In this document: piece after piece, positions 35,871 to 49,749 of the stretch
Numbering within the stretch: position 1 is the stretch's first letter
Layout: every line of letters starts with the position of its first letter
Source: Callorhinchus milii
Taxonomy: Eukaryota
Length of the DNA stretch: 64,000 nucleotides
NCBI RefSeq assembly: GCF_018977255.1
Contig: NW_024704743.1
Span: 29,948,001 to 30,012,000, forward strand
Direction of reading: 5' to 3'
Program-made: the position numbers and the translations under genes
The notes under the pieces: generated by a model
The model's database searches: none
Seen by the model: the letters and a program-made list of their open reading frames with translations, nothing else
What the model was told of the DNA's origin: nothing

Positions 35871-36597
35871 GAAGTCAACATTTGCTAAAGTGGACGCTAA
35901 GTATCACATGACAAGTTTTGAAAAGCAAATTTTGCTAGGTATCCTGGTGAACAATCCTTCAGATTTACTTCATTCACTTCATGGCTGTATTTGGGATCTT
36001 GCTGACTGAATTGCTTGCTGAATTGTCCTACAGAAACAGTCTACATGATAATCATCCCTATGAAGTACATGAGAGATGTTATGATGCGATAATGCCTTTT
36101 TATGTAATGTTAGGACTGGGAGAAGGCTGTGGTAGTGGTGGAATACTGCCATTAGAGGGCAGGTGTCCAGATTTGAATAAAGGAACTTAGGAGAGAATAA
36201 TATTCGGGAGCTGCTATGTGTTTAGAGATTGTCCCCACAAGAGATATGATGGGTGTGTGGAGTCCACTGTCTGGCAGGTTTTCTGGGTCTGTAGACTTAT
36301 TTGGCTTTTTTTTTCACAAGCCCTCTTATGGTTTTATGTTAATGTTCACCAGTTTGGAATATTTTGATAATAATAATCCTTGCATTTATTTATTATTTAT
36401 GTATTATTATTGGAATATTTTGGTAATGTACCATGAGTTCACATTAAATCTAGTGTGCAGACTAATTAGTTCTGTGAAATTGTTAGCTCATTGAGCATGT
36501 TTACAGAACGTCTGATGGGCATAAATTCCCCTTCTAGGAATTGTTAATATTCCACTGAGAGAGGAAGTGACTTTTATTTGAATACATTATTTTACTT

Positions 36598-37023
36598 GGT
36601 CAGCCTGGCGCAGTGATAGCTCTCTCGCCCTTTAGTCAGAAGGTTGTGGGTTCAAGCCTCAAGTTCGGACTTGGCATTGCATAGTCTTGAAATAACACAA
36701 TTACACTGCAATGCAGTCCTGCATTGTTGGAGGTGCTGTCCTTCGAATGAGATGTTAAAAGTGAAATCCCGCCTGTTTTGCTCAGGAGGATGTGAAAGAT
36801 CCCTGGCACTATTTGAAAAGAGAAAGAAGTTTCTCCTGGTGTCCTGGCCAACGATCGCTCAAAATAAAAATTGGTCATTCATGGACAGTTTGTGGGACAT
36901 TGCTGTGAGCAAATGAGCAAATGAGCTGCCATGTTCACTCACACCTACACAAATCCTGTGAAGCACTTTGGGACTTCCTCACAATGTGAAAAGTGCTTTC
37001 GCAAATGCAAGGATTATTATTAT
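36598..37023 (+). mobile_element. Old tRNA-Deu-L2 SINE, full length
   Basis: Head agtcagaaggttgtgggttcaagcc; Deu body; (att)n tail. Confidence 0.82.
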
Positions 37024-38274
37024 TTTATTATTGTTGTGTTAATAGTATATAGTTCAGGCGGATTAGTTCAATTTGACTGTTAAAAAAAGCTCTTGACAGT
37101 CCTGAAAACTTATTAAAATTAATATATAGGAGATTGAAACCTTGTTCTCCACAAATAAAGATTAACATAGAAAATGCGTTTGGATGATGATATGAGGTTC
37201 GATTTATGAAAATCCTGGGGTACTAAAATTAATTTTTAAAGTTTAAAATTTTGGTTGATTAACTACATTCCGGGATCATGTAGAATTCTATACTGATGAG
37301 AAATATTTGTCTGTGCATCTGTGATTAAAATGTACATTATTAATACTTGCAATATTCAAGAAAAAAACTACCTTAAGTACTTAAGCAGCTTCATGTATTA
37401 TGGAGAATAATTCTCCATGATTTTGATTTCTGTATGAATTATAATGTTATATAAAACGTCTTTTTAAAAAATATTTTTGCAACGTGAAAAAGTTAGATAA
37501 ATCAATTCCCCTTGGAATTCTAACACAAATATTTTGACTTTTTTTAACCAGAGATCCTTAATGATATTTTTTTACAGAGAGGGTTTATTATTTCTAGATA
37601 ATTTCTCTCTAATGTCACTTTTCATTGAATTTTGCTATAATTTGGGATGTTTTAAAACTAATGGAAACTATAAAAAATGTGATTCTTTTTTCTCTCCCCA
37701 AGCAGTATTTTAGCTGAAACATCCAAAAGTATGCATTCTTTAGAGCTGTCAGACAATAGGGATCTCAGGCTTTAAACGCTCCATTCATATTCCTTTAGCT
37801 AAAGATACAATATAAATATGGTTTTAGGACAATTACTTCAATCCTGTGCCTTATTCCCCAAATCATCTGAGGACGTGGTTTCAGCAATATAGTTGATGCT
37901 ATTGTCTGCAGTGCGTTGATGGATCAAAGGGAAGTTCTTGCAAAGCGAATAAGAGAGGCACTTCACAAAGACTCGCTTGCTTTTCTTCTCTTGAGACTCT
38001 TTAAATATATTTTATATTCTGTTGCCTCTATGGTGACAGTTTAGTTTGCAACAATAACAAGTTGCATTTATATAGGGCCTCTTATGTCAGTAGAAACCCC
38101 CAAGGCATTAGATACACCTCAGACTGGTGTTAGCATCATAGAGCTGGATAAACTGCAAAAACTGCAAACATGCCTCCAGGCTATAACTTTTGTGTTGATG
38201 TTTCAAGTGCTATACTTGGTTCTCTTTAAAACAAGTTCAATATGAAGGACATTAACTATTTTTTCCTCTCTCAG

Positions 38275-38326
38275 TTATTTTCAGATAGGAGTAAAAAAGA
38301 ATAAGACAGTGCCAAAAGATATTCAG
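38275..38326 (+). CDS. DCDC2: Probable DCDC2 exon 2
   Basis: Strong acceptor ttttttcctctctcag and donor CAG|gtatgt; 52 nt, phase 2 to 0; YFQIGVKKNKTVPKDIQ resembles human YLDIGEIKKRPMEVVNTE; strand and position match DCDC2-MRS2 synteny. No other DCDC2 exon identified. Confidence 0.6.
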
Positions 38327-39077
38327 GTATGTTTTTTCACTAAACTTTAACCAGGTTTTTTCTTACGTTCCATTTTCCACCCTGAATTTGAACGTCAACA
38401 TTAATTAAGCTCCAAAAAATTCCAAAGCCCAAATTGGTGATCATTATAGTTCATTTGAGTTCCCACTGTAACTGAAGAGCAAACACTTTAATGTTCTAAC
38501 AGCGTTTGTTCGGTTCACTTTCATTCTTGAATCATTTGTCTTTGGGTATACTAACCAGTAGGGAAAAAAAAATCTAGAAACCTTGAAAATTCTTCATTTC
38601 AATCTTGATTTGGAAGCTGGGCTTGTTTTACAATCTGCAGGGAGACTGGCTAAATGCAGCGATGCTGTGATAGAGACCCAGATACAGGTATCCATTTGTC
38701 GCTCACCAAACCTCATGTTTCATTATGGAGATACCTGTCAATAGCTCATTTGCCATTGTAACCTACATCTCGTCAGTGACAATATATAGCACCACATTCC
38801 CTCTGTCAAGGGACACCTTTGTGAAGGATGCATATATTGTACATTGACATTGAAGTATATCGACTTTGACTGGCCCATTTTTGAGTGTTTACAACTCTTA
38901 AAATTTGTAAATATTTGAGAACTTATTATATTATATATAATTTTAACATTTTGAATAATTCTCCATAATTTAGATTTATGTATGTATGTATTGCTTCTAA
39001 TGTATGGACTATTTCAACATCCCTACTTCAGCAGAGCAATGAGGTTATTCCAATTATGTTCCAATGATTTATCTTCA

Positions 39078-39455
39078 TGTCAGCTTGGCTCAGTTAGTAG
39101 CACTCTTACCTCCTGAACAGAAGATTGTGGGTTCAAGCCCCACATTGGGAGTTTGAGCTCTGACACTCCAGTGCAGTGCTGGAAGAGTAGTAGAATCTTT
39201 TGTCGGGTGCTGTTTTCCAGTGACATATTAAACCTGTTCAGGTGAATGTTAAGGATCCCATGGCATGTTTTGAAAAAGAAGGGAGCTTCTCCCAGTATCC
39301 TAGCCAACAATCCTCCAGATAAATTGGTCAATCATTTCTTGGCTGTTTATGGTATGTTGCTGGTTATGCTACGTTGCTGTGCACTGCACTCTACAGCAAT
39401 TATGCGTGAAGCACTTTGAGATGTTACAGATGTTTTATCAAATGGCAGGATTATT
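39078..39455 (+). mobile_element. Old tRNA-Deu-L2 SINE
   Basis: Head ggctcagttagtagcactctt...gggttcaagcccc; Deu body. Confidence 0.78.
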
Positions 39456-41130
39456 GCTATTTACTCAAATGTATTTAGTAAACCGTAAACGTGTTTTTTT
39501 AAAAAATGATAAATAATAATCCTTGCATTTGATATAGCGCTTTTCACGCTTTTCTTCTCAACGTCTCAAAGCGCTTCACAGAATAGACTGTAAAGTGAAT
39601 TGACCATATATTTGTGGGCGAAACGCAGCAGCCAATTGTGCACAGCAGTGCCCCACAAACAGTTGTGGATTGAAATGACCAATTTATTATTGTTTTTTGT
39701 TTTGGAGGGATTATATTTCTCTACACTGAGACAACAAATCAAATATGTTTTGCTTCAGTGAAAGACCAAACAAAATTAAACCTCCCACTGGTATTTCCTT
39801 GTTAGAAATTCCCTGTGTGTTTGTCGAGTAAACATGAGATTAAGCGTTCTGTGATGCTCCAACAGTTGACAACCTGCTCATTGCCGAGCATTACACGTAC
39901 GAATGGTTTCCTATATAAATTAGTAGAGGGCTGGCAGAACCTATCCATTATCCCAGCATGACGCATTACTTTTCACTAAAGGAGGGGAGAAAGGAAACTG
40001 AACAGATTAATGGAATGATGAGATTGTACTGTATTTTATATTTGCCAAAAAAGTTTAATTATTCAACATTGAGACTTTAACTGGCAAAACAAATCTCACT
40101 TTCCACAAGTTACATGCCATATACACTGAATTTTATGATGCATTTCAAATGAATACATCATAAAGACTTCCTGAAGCTTTTTTAATTGTGATTGGTGAAT
40201 TCTCTACCCGAGGGTGGTAAAATGCATACTTTCCAGCATATAATTTTCTGGTTTTCCATTGATGCATTTTTGCATTATTTGGTGCATTAAAATAATAATA
40301 ATCCTTGAATTTGATGTAACACCTTATCACGTCATTGAGATGTCTCAAAGCGCTTCACAAGATGTAGTGGGCTTCCAGCATAGAGACAAATACAAGAGGT
40401 GTTAAATCTGTTTTAGCTTTCTGAAGATCAACTCTATTATAAATAGTCGTGTCATACTTGATTAATCAATTGAGGTTTTCACATGTAAGATCTTATATTG
40501 CTGAGACCTGGTTTAAACCCGGATTCTCTAAAGGCAGAATATGCAGTTAATTGCCGCACAGTTTCTGCATGCTAGCAAATAGAAAGAGTGCCCTAACATC
40601 TTTACATTGGGGTACTGTCCCTTAAACTTTTAACTTTTACTGTCTCTTTTAAGCTCTTAAAATTGAACAGTGAAATGTTATATAGTTTAAAGAAAGGTAT
40701 AAAGTATGGGTATAAAGGTTTAAAAGTATAGATTTTATAACAACAAATTATCTTTACCCTTATTAAGAGCTGTGCATAAATATATATTTTTAAAAAACTG
40801 CATAGTGAAGCATGATACCATACTTCCAGAAGGTTATTTTATGTGCGAGTCTTGATCATAGTTTTCACTCTTGCTCTTAACTTTCCCGTGGAAACTTACC
40901 AACTCACTATTTTGAATTGATGTGAAAGGAAAACCTGCTGCGATCAACTGCATATTCTCCTTTTAGAGAATTGCTGGATAAAATACATTTGTCTGATGAG
41001 ACTACATCTTCTAAAAGCATCATCAGATCTAAAATTAAGAATGACTGCCTACTAAATGAGAGTAGAGTGCAGAATGAAGTACATTTGAACATTTGGATTT
41101 TAAAAATAATCCTTCAACAACCTCCGTCGA

Positions 41131-41229
41131 CAGGGTGACCAAAAAGTCGTGAAATCATTACAATGTCTAAAAAGTCTTAAAGAAATTATTTTTTGTTAAT
41201 AGGGTAGATTCACGACTTTGGTCATCCTG
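41131..41229. mobile_element. Tc1/mariner-type MITE (99 bp)
   Basis: TIRs CAGGGTGACCAAAAAGTCGTGAA / TTCACGACTTTGGTCATCCTG; TA on the right flank, GA on the left. Confidence 0.7.
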
Positions 41230-42134
41230 TATCTTGTGCCCTAGATGCTATCCTGCATGAAGGATACCATATAAATGGAAGATGTTATTGGATTACTTTT
41301 AATATTAGCAGTATTGTTTTAAAAAACAGTTTAGTTCCTACTTGTACATTTCTCGTTCACTTCAGAGCTCGTACAAGTGACTAAATATTGGTAGCATTAT
41401 AAAGTAATCTTGCACTCCTAGTAAAATCAGTTATGATCTATTTCTTTCGATATTTCTTTCTCTAGATGTATCTGTTTATATGGAATTCATAAGACTACAT
41501 TTACAAATCAATATGAAGTAGTGAATACAAATTGCAATATATTTTCAGTACAAGTGCTAAAACTCAGAGATTGGCATGCGTATCTTTCCAGTTACTTTAT
41601 CTTAGGACTCTGTAATTCATTGTATTTTCCTTTAGCCTTACCTCGGCACTTAATGTGTGATTGTGACTCTGTTGGGGGCAGAAACATTAAAAGCTGTTTC
41701 TATTCAGGTCTGATGCTGAAAACTTTTTTATGTGTTTGTACTCTGTTGACCTTGCTTCCATTTCCTTTTCAACGTTTAGTTTATGGTCTTTACCTGCCCT
41801 TACAACAGGTTACCTCAGAATTTATGCCACTTATTATAGTTACCTTTGGCATCCTGCCATATTTCAGGAGTTGTAGCTCTTGCCTTGTTTCTCCTGTAAG
41901 ATGTGAGTGACTGGGAAAGGCTGAGATGTAGCCTTTCGTGCAAAGCTCACAATCTGATGAGCTGCACTCAAGTTTCAATGGACAAACTCCAGCACTTGGC
42001 ATTTGAAACAGTGAAACTTGGGCTCCTGGATTATTACTGGGGGTGCAGTAACTTTTTACTGATGTGGTTGAGTGGTCTGAAATTCTATTTGGTGTTATAA
42101 TAATCTATAATATTTATAATCCTTGCAGATGATG

Positions 42135-42438
42135 CAATAATAATCCTTACATTTGATACAGTGCTTCTCATGTCTTCCAGCCATCTCAAAGTGCTTCACA
42201 GAATATACTGTAAAGCGAATTGACTGTATATTTGTGGGTGAAACTCGGCAGCCAATTGCGCACAGCAGTGTCCCACAAACAGTCATAGATTGAGTGACCA
42301 AATTATGTATTATTTTTTTTCTTGAGGGATTATTACAGGCATTTGGAGTAAGGAAACTTGCCCAAGGTTTCACTCTGCCGGGAATCGAACCCAGATCTCT
42401 CACTTGCAAGGCTCTAACCACTGAGCTATAGGACTCCA
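42135..42438 (-). mobile_element. Young SINE (deleted form)
   Basis: Family consensus match. Confidence 0.88.
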
Positions 42439-43794
42439 ATATAGCACCTTATCATGTTGTTGAGACATCTCAAAGCACCTCACAGGATACACTGTAAAGC
42501 GAATTGACTGTATATTTTGTGGATGAAACAGTGCGAGAGGTAGGCATGCTGAGGAATTTGTGATAGCTTTAATCCATTTTCCCTATTTCTTAAAAAGCAG
42601 AAAACCAGTTTAAAAATTAAGAATGAATTTAAGAATTTCCAGACTTTGAACAATCAGAAACTTTAAGACATTATTTTGAGGCCAACATAAGGTGGGAACT
42701 GGGGCCTCTGACCTCATCGTCCTCACAAACTGTTGCCTTTGGTTCTTTCTGCCATACTAGGGAATTGTTAACTCAATTATCTTGCAGTCTGCGCTTCAGT
42801 TCTCGTGGTTACTCCCTTCATTTAGCTCCTGATTGGCAACTGAGGAGTCAACTTGTTTTAGCTTACATATAAATATCTTACCCACAGTGTATACCTTTTC
42901 AGTCTTTTTTTCAAGTTCATTGTTTGACTGTCTAATAGAATTCATTATTCGATAAAAGTCCTTAAATGAGTGGCTCTGAAATAAGTGGTAGCAGAATAAC
43001 TTTTCACATTTTACCATTTAAATAAATGGATTGAGTGAATTAACTCTCATCCCAATTATGGCTAAATACACTCGAGTTATTAAGGAATTCTCATTGGATT
43101 AAATTTAATCTTGAAAACATATCAGGTGAATGAGTTACATTATAAATTCTCAGCTGAATAAATTAATTGTAAGTAAATATTACTTGGCATAGTGGATGTT
43201 AATTGCATTACATAAGGTGCTTCTAAACATGTATAAAATGGGTTTAATTTCCTAGCTATTTAATAGGAACTGTCAAATCAATGATTGGGTCAATTATTTC
43301 ATAACAATTAATTGAGTTGGCGATCAGATGACTTGATATTTATATTTAACAGCCCAATTCACTGTTGATAACAAAAATCCACTCAATTTTATTGGAACTA
43401 AGAAAGGAAGAACTTGCATTTTTATAGTGTATTATGTCAAACATCTCCACTAGCTTTTGCAAGTATTCATTGTCCAGGTTAATGTCTGTTTTTGTAGGGT
43501 AATGTGGCAGACACATTGTGTCAGGATGGTCCCACAATCAATTATGAGGTGAATGATCAATTAATCTAGAGGATTGTTAGTCTGGACACATGGAGAAACT
43601 TCCCTCTCTCTTTGGATATTTTGTAGAGTTCACCTGTAGAATAGATCAGGAACACAGGAATTGCTGGACGAAAAATACCAAAGTCCATCTAGTTTGCCTT
43701 CTACCATCCTGGTAGTCGCATGTTACAGTAACAATGGAGACGTTGCCTAATCATGGCAATCAAACCCCATCCAGCAGTCTACAACAGACTCAAA

Positions 43795-44400
43795 AACAAT
43801 TTACATTTATATAGCGCTACTTACGCAGGGTAGAGTCCCAGGGAGTTTGACAGTGGCGGAGCACAACATTGAGCTGGGGGTAGGGGAGGAATGGTCAAAT
43901 AGAAAGGTTTTTAGGTGCGACCTGAAGATGGGAAGGGGGGATTGCAAAGTGGAGGGAGAGTGTTCCAGAGATTCAGGGCATAGTCACTGAATCGATGGTG
44001 GAACAGAGGGCACGATAGACATGCAAGAGGCTGGAGCCAGTTGAGCACAGGCAACGGGTAGTGGTTTGGGGAGTAAGCAAGTCGGAGAGGTAGGGAGGTA
44101 CCAGGGCATGAAGGGATTTGAAGACGAGCGTTAGTATCTTGAAATCGATCCATTCGGTGACAGGGAGCCAATGGAGCCTGGCAAGAACTAGTTTGATGGG
44201 GGTACGGAGTTTAGTGTGGGTGAATATGCGGTTGGCGGATTTTTGGATTAATTGCATTTTGTGGATAGTAGAGTTTGGGAGACGGGCAAAGAGGACATTT
44301 GAGTGGTCGAGGTGGGAGGCGACGAACGCATGGATGAGGGTTTTGACTGCGTTTGCGCAGGAAGTAAGGAAAAGCGGTGGAAAGCTTGAGAACCATAGAT
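43795..44400 (-). mobile_element. L2 3' fragment inserted within a CR1 3' fragment (43640-44600)
   Basis: KTLIHAFVASHLDHSNVLFARLP...LARLHWLPVTEWIDFKIL; CR1 tail sequence on both sides. Confidence 0.82.
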
Positions 44401-45386
44401 CCAAAGTAGCTTGTTTTTTGCAAGTATACTACATTCGTCATATGATTCAAATTACTCATATACTGTAGCCCAAAATTTTATTTTCTGAAAGAGTTCGATC
44501 TAATTTACGTTTGAAAGAATTAATACTTTCTGCTTCCATTGTCTCCTGAGGGAGCCTGTTCCATAGATTTACCACTAACTCACTGAAATGATGCTCTAAA
44601 TTGATAACTGAACTAACTAAATACATTCTCAAGTAACTGGCTTGGTGACCAGTTGTCTAGAATCGTCTATAAAATGGGGAACTAATCACGTGCCATTACA
44701 TTCGGAAATAATCTTTTCAATATCCAAGACAGACTAAAATTTTATCAATGATCCTTGTTATGGTCTACTATATTGACAAAATATTTGTCATAGCAGGTTT
44801 GTTTAAAATAGTCTGATGCTCATTGATCTTTATAGATGTTAGGTTTAGATGATCTCACTGCAAACCTTTAACGTTTTAACGGTCTTCAAAGATTTTGTCC
44901 CCCCAAATAACTTCAAAGGATATGGAGCTTTCTCATGGACATTTGTTGTTGTAGAAAATAACTCCAAATGGCTGGCTAACTGTTTGTTTTTCTGATCGAA
45001 CTATTTTAATGTATTACAGAGTAAATTGCTTCATGGACCAAATTAACTATTATACAGTGAAAAGGTTTGTTTTTGTTAGATGTATGGATGTTGCAATTTA
45101 GATAGAGGAAATCTTTTGAATAAAATAATTTTCCTGTTCTCTGATATAATAAAAAAAATTCTCCCTTTTAAAGGTGGCAAATTGTTTAACCCTGCATGGA
45201 TCATCCCTGGGCTGACAGTCCAGTGCAGTAATAATAACCCTTACATTCAGTGTAATGCCTATAGTGTTGAAATGTCTCGGGAAGTACTTCACAGGTAATT
45301 GCTGTAAAGTGTAGTGACTGTGTATTTACAGGTAAATGTGGAAACCAACTTGTGCACAGCAATGCAAAACAAATAGTGACTGATGA

Positions 45387-45692
45387 CCTGTAGCTCAGTG
45401 GTTAGAGCACTAGCTTTGCAAGCGAGACCTGGGTTCGATTCCCGGCAGGGTGAAACCTTGGGTAAGTTTCCTTATTCTACACACCTGATAATAATCCCTC
45501 AAGAAAAAAGAACAATTACAATTTGGTCACTCAGTCCACAACTGTTTGTGGGACACAGCTATGCACAATTGGCTGCCATGTTTCGCCCATAAATTTACAG
45601 TCAATTCACTTTATAGTATATTCTGTGAAGCACTTTGAGACATCTAGAAAACGTGAAAAGCGCTTTATCAAATCCAAGGATTATTATTATTA
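45387..45692 (+). mobile_element. Young SINE (deleted form)
   Basis: Family consensus match. Confidence 0.88.
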
Positions 45693-46666
45693 TACCACAC
45701 TTGACAGTAATTTATGTGAAATGCTTAGAGAAGTTTTGCTGTGCTAAAGCGCAATAAAAATGCAAAGTTTTTTTCTTTCCCTCTTTCCCAAACTAACCGC
45801 CCCCACTACTTGTGAATAGATATTTGTTTTAAAATATTTTTTAAATGACTGCTTTTCCGTCTGGGGAAGCTCTATGTGAGCAAGTGCTCTTGAAATCGCT
45901 TCAGCACCTGTACTTGATAGCTGCCTCTTTTTCCCTTATTACTGTTTAAACCATTGTGGATCATGTATGGCACAGTTTTAACATCAAAAGGTGGTGGAAT
46001 ACCAAGTGCTTCACAAGAACTAGTGTGACAAACACCCCCTCTTAAGTGATACCCTTCTCAATGACTGTTGAAACGCCAGGAAATCCATACTTACATTACA
46101 TCTTGCCGAGCAAGATATTGGTTACCGGTTAGCGAGATACTGGCTTTACTCTTTTTTTTTGTTTCGTAAAACTGTTATGCCATTAACCAGAAGGCCAATG
46201 AGCAGTGTGACCAACGTCTCAGATGGGTGGTGGGAAAGGATATCTGTGTCCACACTCGGGACCCAGTCGATATGCTGAATATCATTGTCACTAAATTCAT
46301 GTTGTGTGTTAATTGGTGCCATGGTTTTTAATTAGCATGTCAGATCTTTGCAATTCTAAATCCAATTATTTCCTAATAGCTGTCGGGTGGTGACCTGATG
46401 TTTTATTCAGACGGAGGCTCTTGAACTTATTCAATTGATATGGACTCAATTAGGTGGGGGAAAAAGTATTCTTTGGAAACCTTATTGCTGGATTAAAGGA
46501 AGCAGACCTTTTCCTGACTGTCTCCAGTGACCCTCAAATGTCAAGTCATCCTGAAGGTGTGAGTAATAACATTTATCCTAACAAGAGCAAAGATTCTTTG
46601 TCAACTATGTTAATTAGGTGCGGTGCACAAATGAATGCTGCTTTGCATTTATTCCAAGAATTTAGA

Positions 46667-47004
46667 GTCCTGTAAATTGTTGGTTAGAGGACTCACCTCG
46701 TAAGCGAGATACCTGGGTTCAGTTCCCAGCAGGGCGAAATATTAGGCGAGTTTTCCTATTCCACATGCCTCTGTTTAGCTAGCAGTAAATAGGAACCCAG
46801 TTGTTACTTGATTGATGGATTGCTTTTCAGGGAGTAATAATTCCTTCAAAAAAAATTGGTCACTTCAATCCACAACTGTTTATGGGATATTGCTGGGCGC
46901 ATTTGGTTGCTGCGTTTTGCCCACAGAATATACAGTCAGTTCACTTTAAATTATATTTTGTGAAGCGCTTTGAGACGTCTCAAAGACATGCTAAGTCGCT
47001 ATAT
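46667..47004 (+). mobile_element. Intermediate (CORE-like) SINE
   Basis: ccacatgcctctgtttagctagcagtaaataggaacccag block present. Confidence 0.8.
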
Positions 47005-48629
47005 CTTTTTTTTACAAATTTCAATAATTTAGTGAGTATAGTCGTTATACCCCCAACAAGTGAATCGTAACATAACCAACGAAAAAAAAATGCTTTGACC
47101 ACATACAACTTGGTTTATAACGGTAAAGCAAATAATTGTTGATTTTTAAAATTAATTATTTTTCTCAACAAAACTATGCTTAGCTCCTGATTGTCTTTAC
47201 GGTTGGTAGGACTCCTTCTACAGTGTTGTTATTCAGCTGAGTGGGAGGATTCAACCTGACTGAGTGTATTGCATTTATTATGTTCCATTAAGGACAATTA
47301 GAAACGCCATTCCCAAGCTGCATGGTATATGTGTGTATGCGCTTTAGTAACATTAGAAAGGAAACAACTTCTGTATCTGACATATGCCGAATGCCAATGT
47401 TTTGTGGAGGGGTTTGGCTCCGATTCACAGCACAGTATGGCACGTTATGTTCTGGCCAACAATTCCCCAAATAAAATTGGTCATTCACTTCATGGCTGTT
47501 TGTGGGTCATTTCTGTGCTAAATTGGCTACCGTGTTCACCCACACTTTACAGTATATCCTGTGAAGCGCTTTGAGACATTTTCCTGGCACGAAAAGGCGT
47601 CTTACATTTATCAAATGTAAGGATTATTGTGACCAAATGCAAAGACTATTCATTTAACATTGTGGGTTGTAACATTGATTGACATGGGAGGAATCGGTCT
47701 CTTATTGTTGGCAAATAATGCCTCACCTTTTGCTAATATAGCCACTTGGGAATCATTCATCCATTAACTGCAAGAAAAAATGCCTGTGCCATTAATTGTA
47801 AGAAAAGTTCTGTACATTGCAACGACTTATGAGGTTTCTACTGAGTATAGGCCAAAGTCTTGCAAAGTCAGTGTGACATACAGAGGTTTCTCCGCAAGAA
47901 ATGAGGTACACATTGTAGGTGCTTTCTTCCTGGTTATTTTTATTGCCCTGTGCCATTTTAGCACTTTTTGAACCTTATTTACAAAATATTTTACAAAACA
48001 GCCAGTAGTCTTAATTAGAGAAGATGTGCTGCAGTCTAACTCTGGAACATAACGATCAACCGTTGGTTTATTGGTTTAACTGTTTTATTTATTCTTGTGA
48101 TATGGGGAATACTTGAGGAATAAAGGAATTAATTTGTCCTAACTAGGTGTGGATTCCCTCTTTTAGAGTCTGAGTTTTGCCAAGTTTTGTGGCCGGCTTT
48201 ATATTTGAGGATTATTGAGATACTTACGGCATGGCACATGGTCAATAATTACAATTTCTCGACAATACCTGAACATGACAATAAGATGCCTAATTTACTG
48301 AAGTGGAGCATTTAAAAAAAAAACATTTTGCAAACCAAAACTGTAGTTTCAACAAAAATGAAATGAGGGTAAGTATTCTTCTGTGTTCAAACTTATAAAT
48401 AGCATTTCAAAAATATTTTTAATTGTTTTTGAAACAGTAGAATAATTAAGACAGTTGTCAAATAGGTTCTGAAAACAAATATCCAGTTTAAGTGGTACAT
48501 ACAGTATCAGGCATATTGTGTTGAATACAATTTGAAAGTCATTGTTATCAGCGATATCATTATTTATCGAATTCAGTCAAGCAATAAACAATGGCTGTCA
48601 AGTTACTGGTATTAGGACAGACTGGATAG

Positions 48630-49160
48630 GTCTCTCCCTTTTTCACTAGAGAACAGGAGAACCTAATAGAAGGTTATAATTATAAAAGGGTTCGATAATA
48701 TAAATATAGGAACAGGAAGAGGCCATTCAGCCCTTCGGGTCTGTTCCGCCATTTAATTAGATCATGGCTGATCTGTACTTCAACTAATCCTTTCAACTCC
48801 AATTTGCTGCTTTCTCCTCATATCCCTTAATACCCTGACCTACCAAACATCTATCAAATAGGTTGTTTGCACTGGTTGAGGAGTCCATAACCAAGGCGCA
48901 CAAAATTAGCTAGTGACTGGGGGATTTAAAAGAGAATTTGGGACAAACTACTCCAAGCAGAAGGTATAGAAGAATATAGAATTTGCTGCCTGAGGCAGTG
49001 GTTGAATCACATAGTGTAGATGCATTCTAGAGGAAGCTAGACCTTCATATGAGGGAGAAGGGAATAGAAGGGAATGGGAGGGAGTAAGGAATGACTTAAA
49101 AACACCGGCATAGATGGCTTGGGCTGAGTGGTCTGTTTCCCTCCTCTACATTCTTTGTAA
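48630..49160 (+). mobile_element. CR1 3' fragment with an opposite-strand CR1 tail inserted (~48705-48857)
   Basis: ataggaacaggaagaggccattcagccc...gatcatggctgatctg tail; flanking CR1 3' sequence. Confidence 0.65.
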
Positions 49161-49430
49161 ATTAAAGTAAGTTTAGAGTAACCAGCATTTTGAATCATGT
49201 TTAGTACTGGCACACAAAATATACACCCTATATGAGGTTAGCTTCTGATTACATTTCATATTTTCCTGGGAAGATGTTCATTCCTCTGAGATAATGAGCA
49301 GTTGGGTCCTTGAACATAGATATAAGAACGATGGACCACAGAAAGAAAAGGCTGCAGCTTCAGACACCTACCTATCTGCAGGCTGAGAAACAAGCAAGCT
49401 GTGGAAGACTGCCCAGAAGCTGACCATATA

Positions 49431-49749
49431 ATAATAAAAATAATAATGATCCTTGCATTTGATATAGCTCTTTTCATGTCTTCTAGACGTCTCAAAGCGC
49501 TTCATAGAATATGCTGTAAAGTGAATTGACTGTATATTTGTGGGCGAAATGTGGCAGCCAATTGCACACAGCAGTGTCCCACAAACAGTCGTGGATTGAA
49601 AATGACCAATTTATTATTGTTTTTGTTTTTTGAAGGGATTATTATTAGGTGTGTGGAGTAAGGAAACTTGCCCAAGGTTTCGCCCTGCCTTGAAATGGAC
49701 CCAGGTGTCTCGCTTGCAAGGCAAGTGCTCTAACCACTGAGCTACAGGA
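49431..49749 (-). mobile_element. Young SINE (deleted form, TAGAA loop)
   Basis: Family consensus match. Confidence 0.88.

Noticed and set aside
45160..45225. GGKLFNPAWIIPGLTVQ, loosely like DCDC2 exon 4 (NGDLINPASRLLIP)
   Set aside because: Wrong length, runs into a SINE tail, no donor, and no exon 3 upstream.
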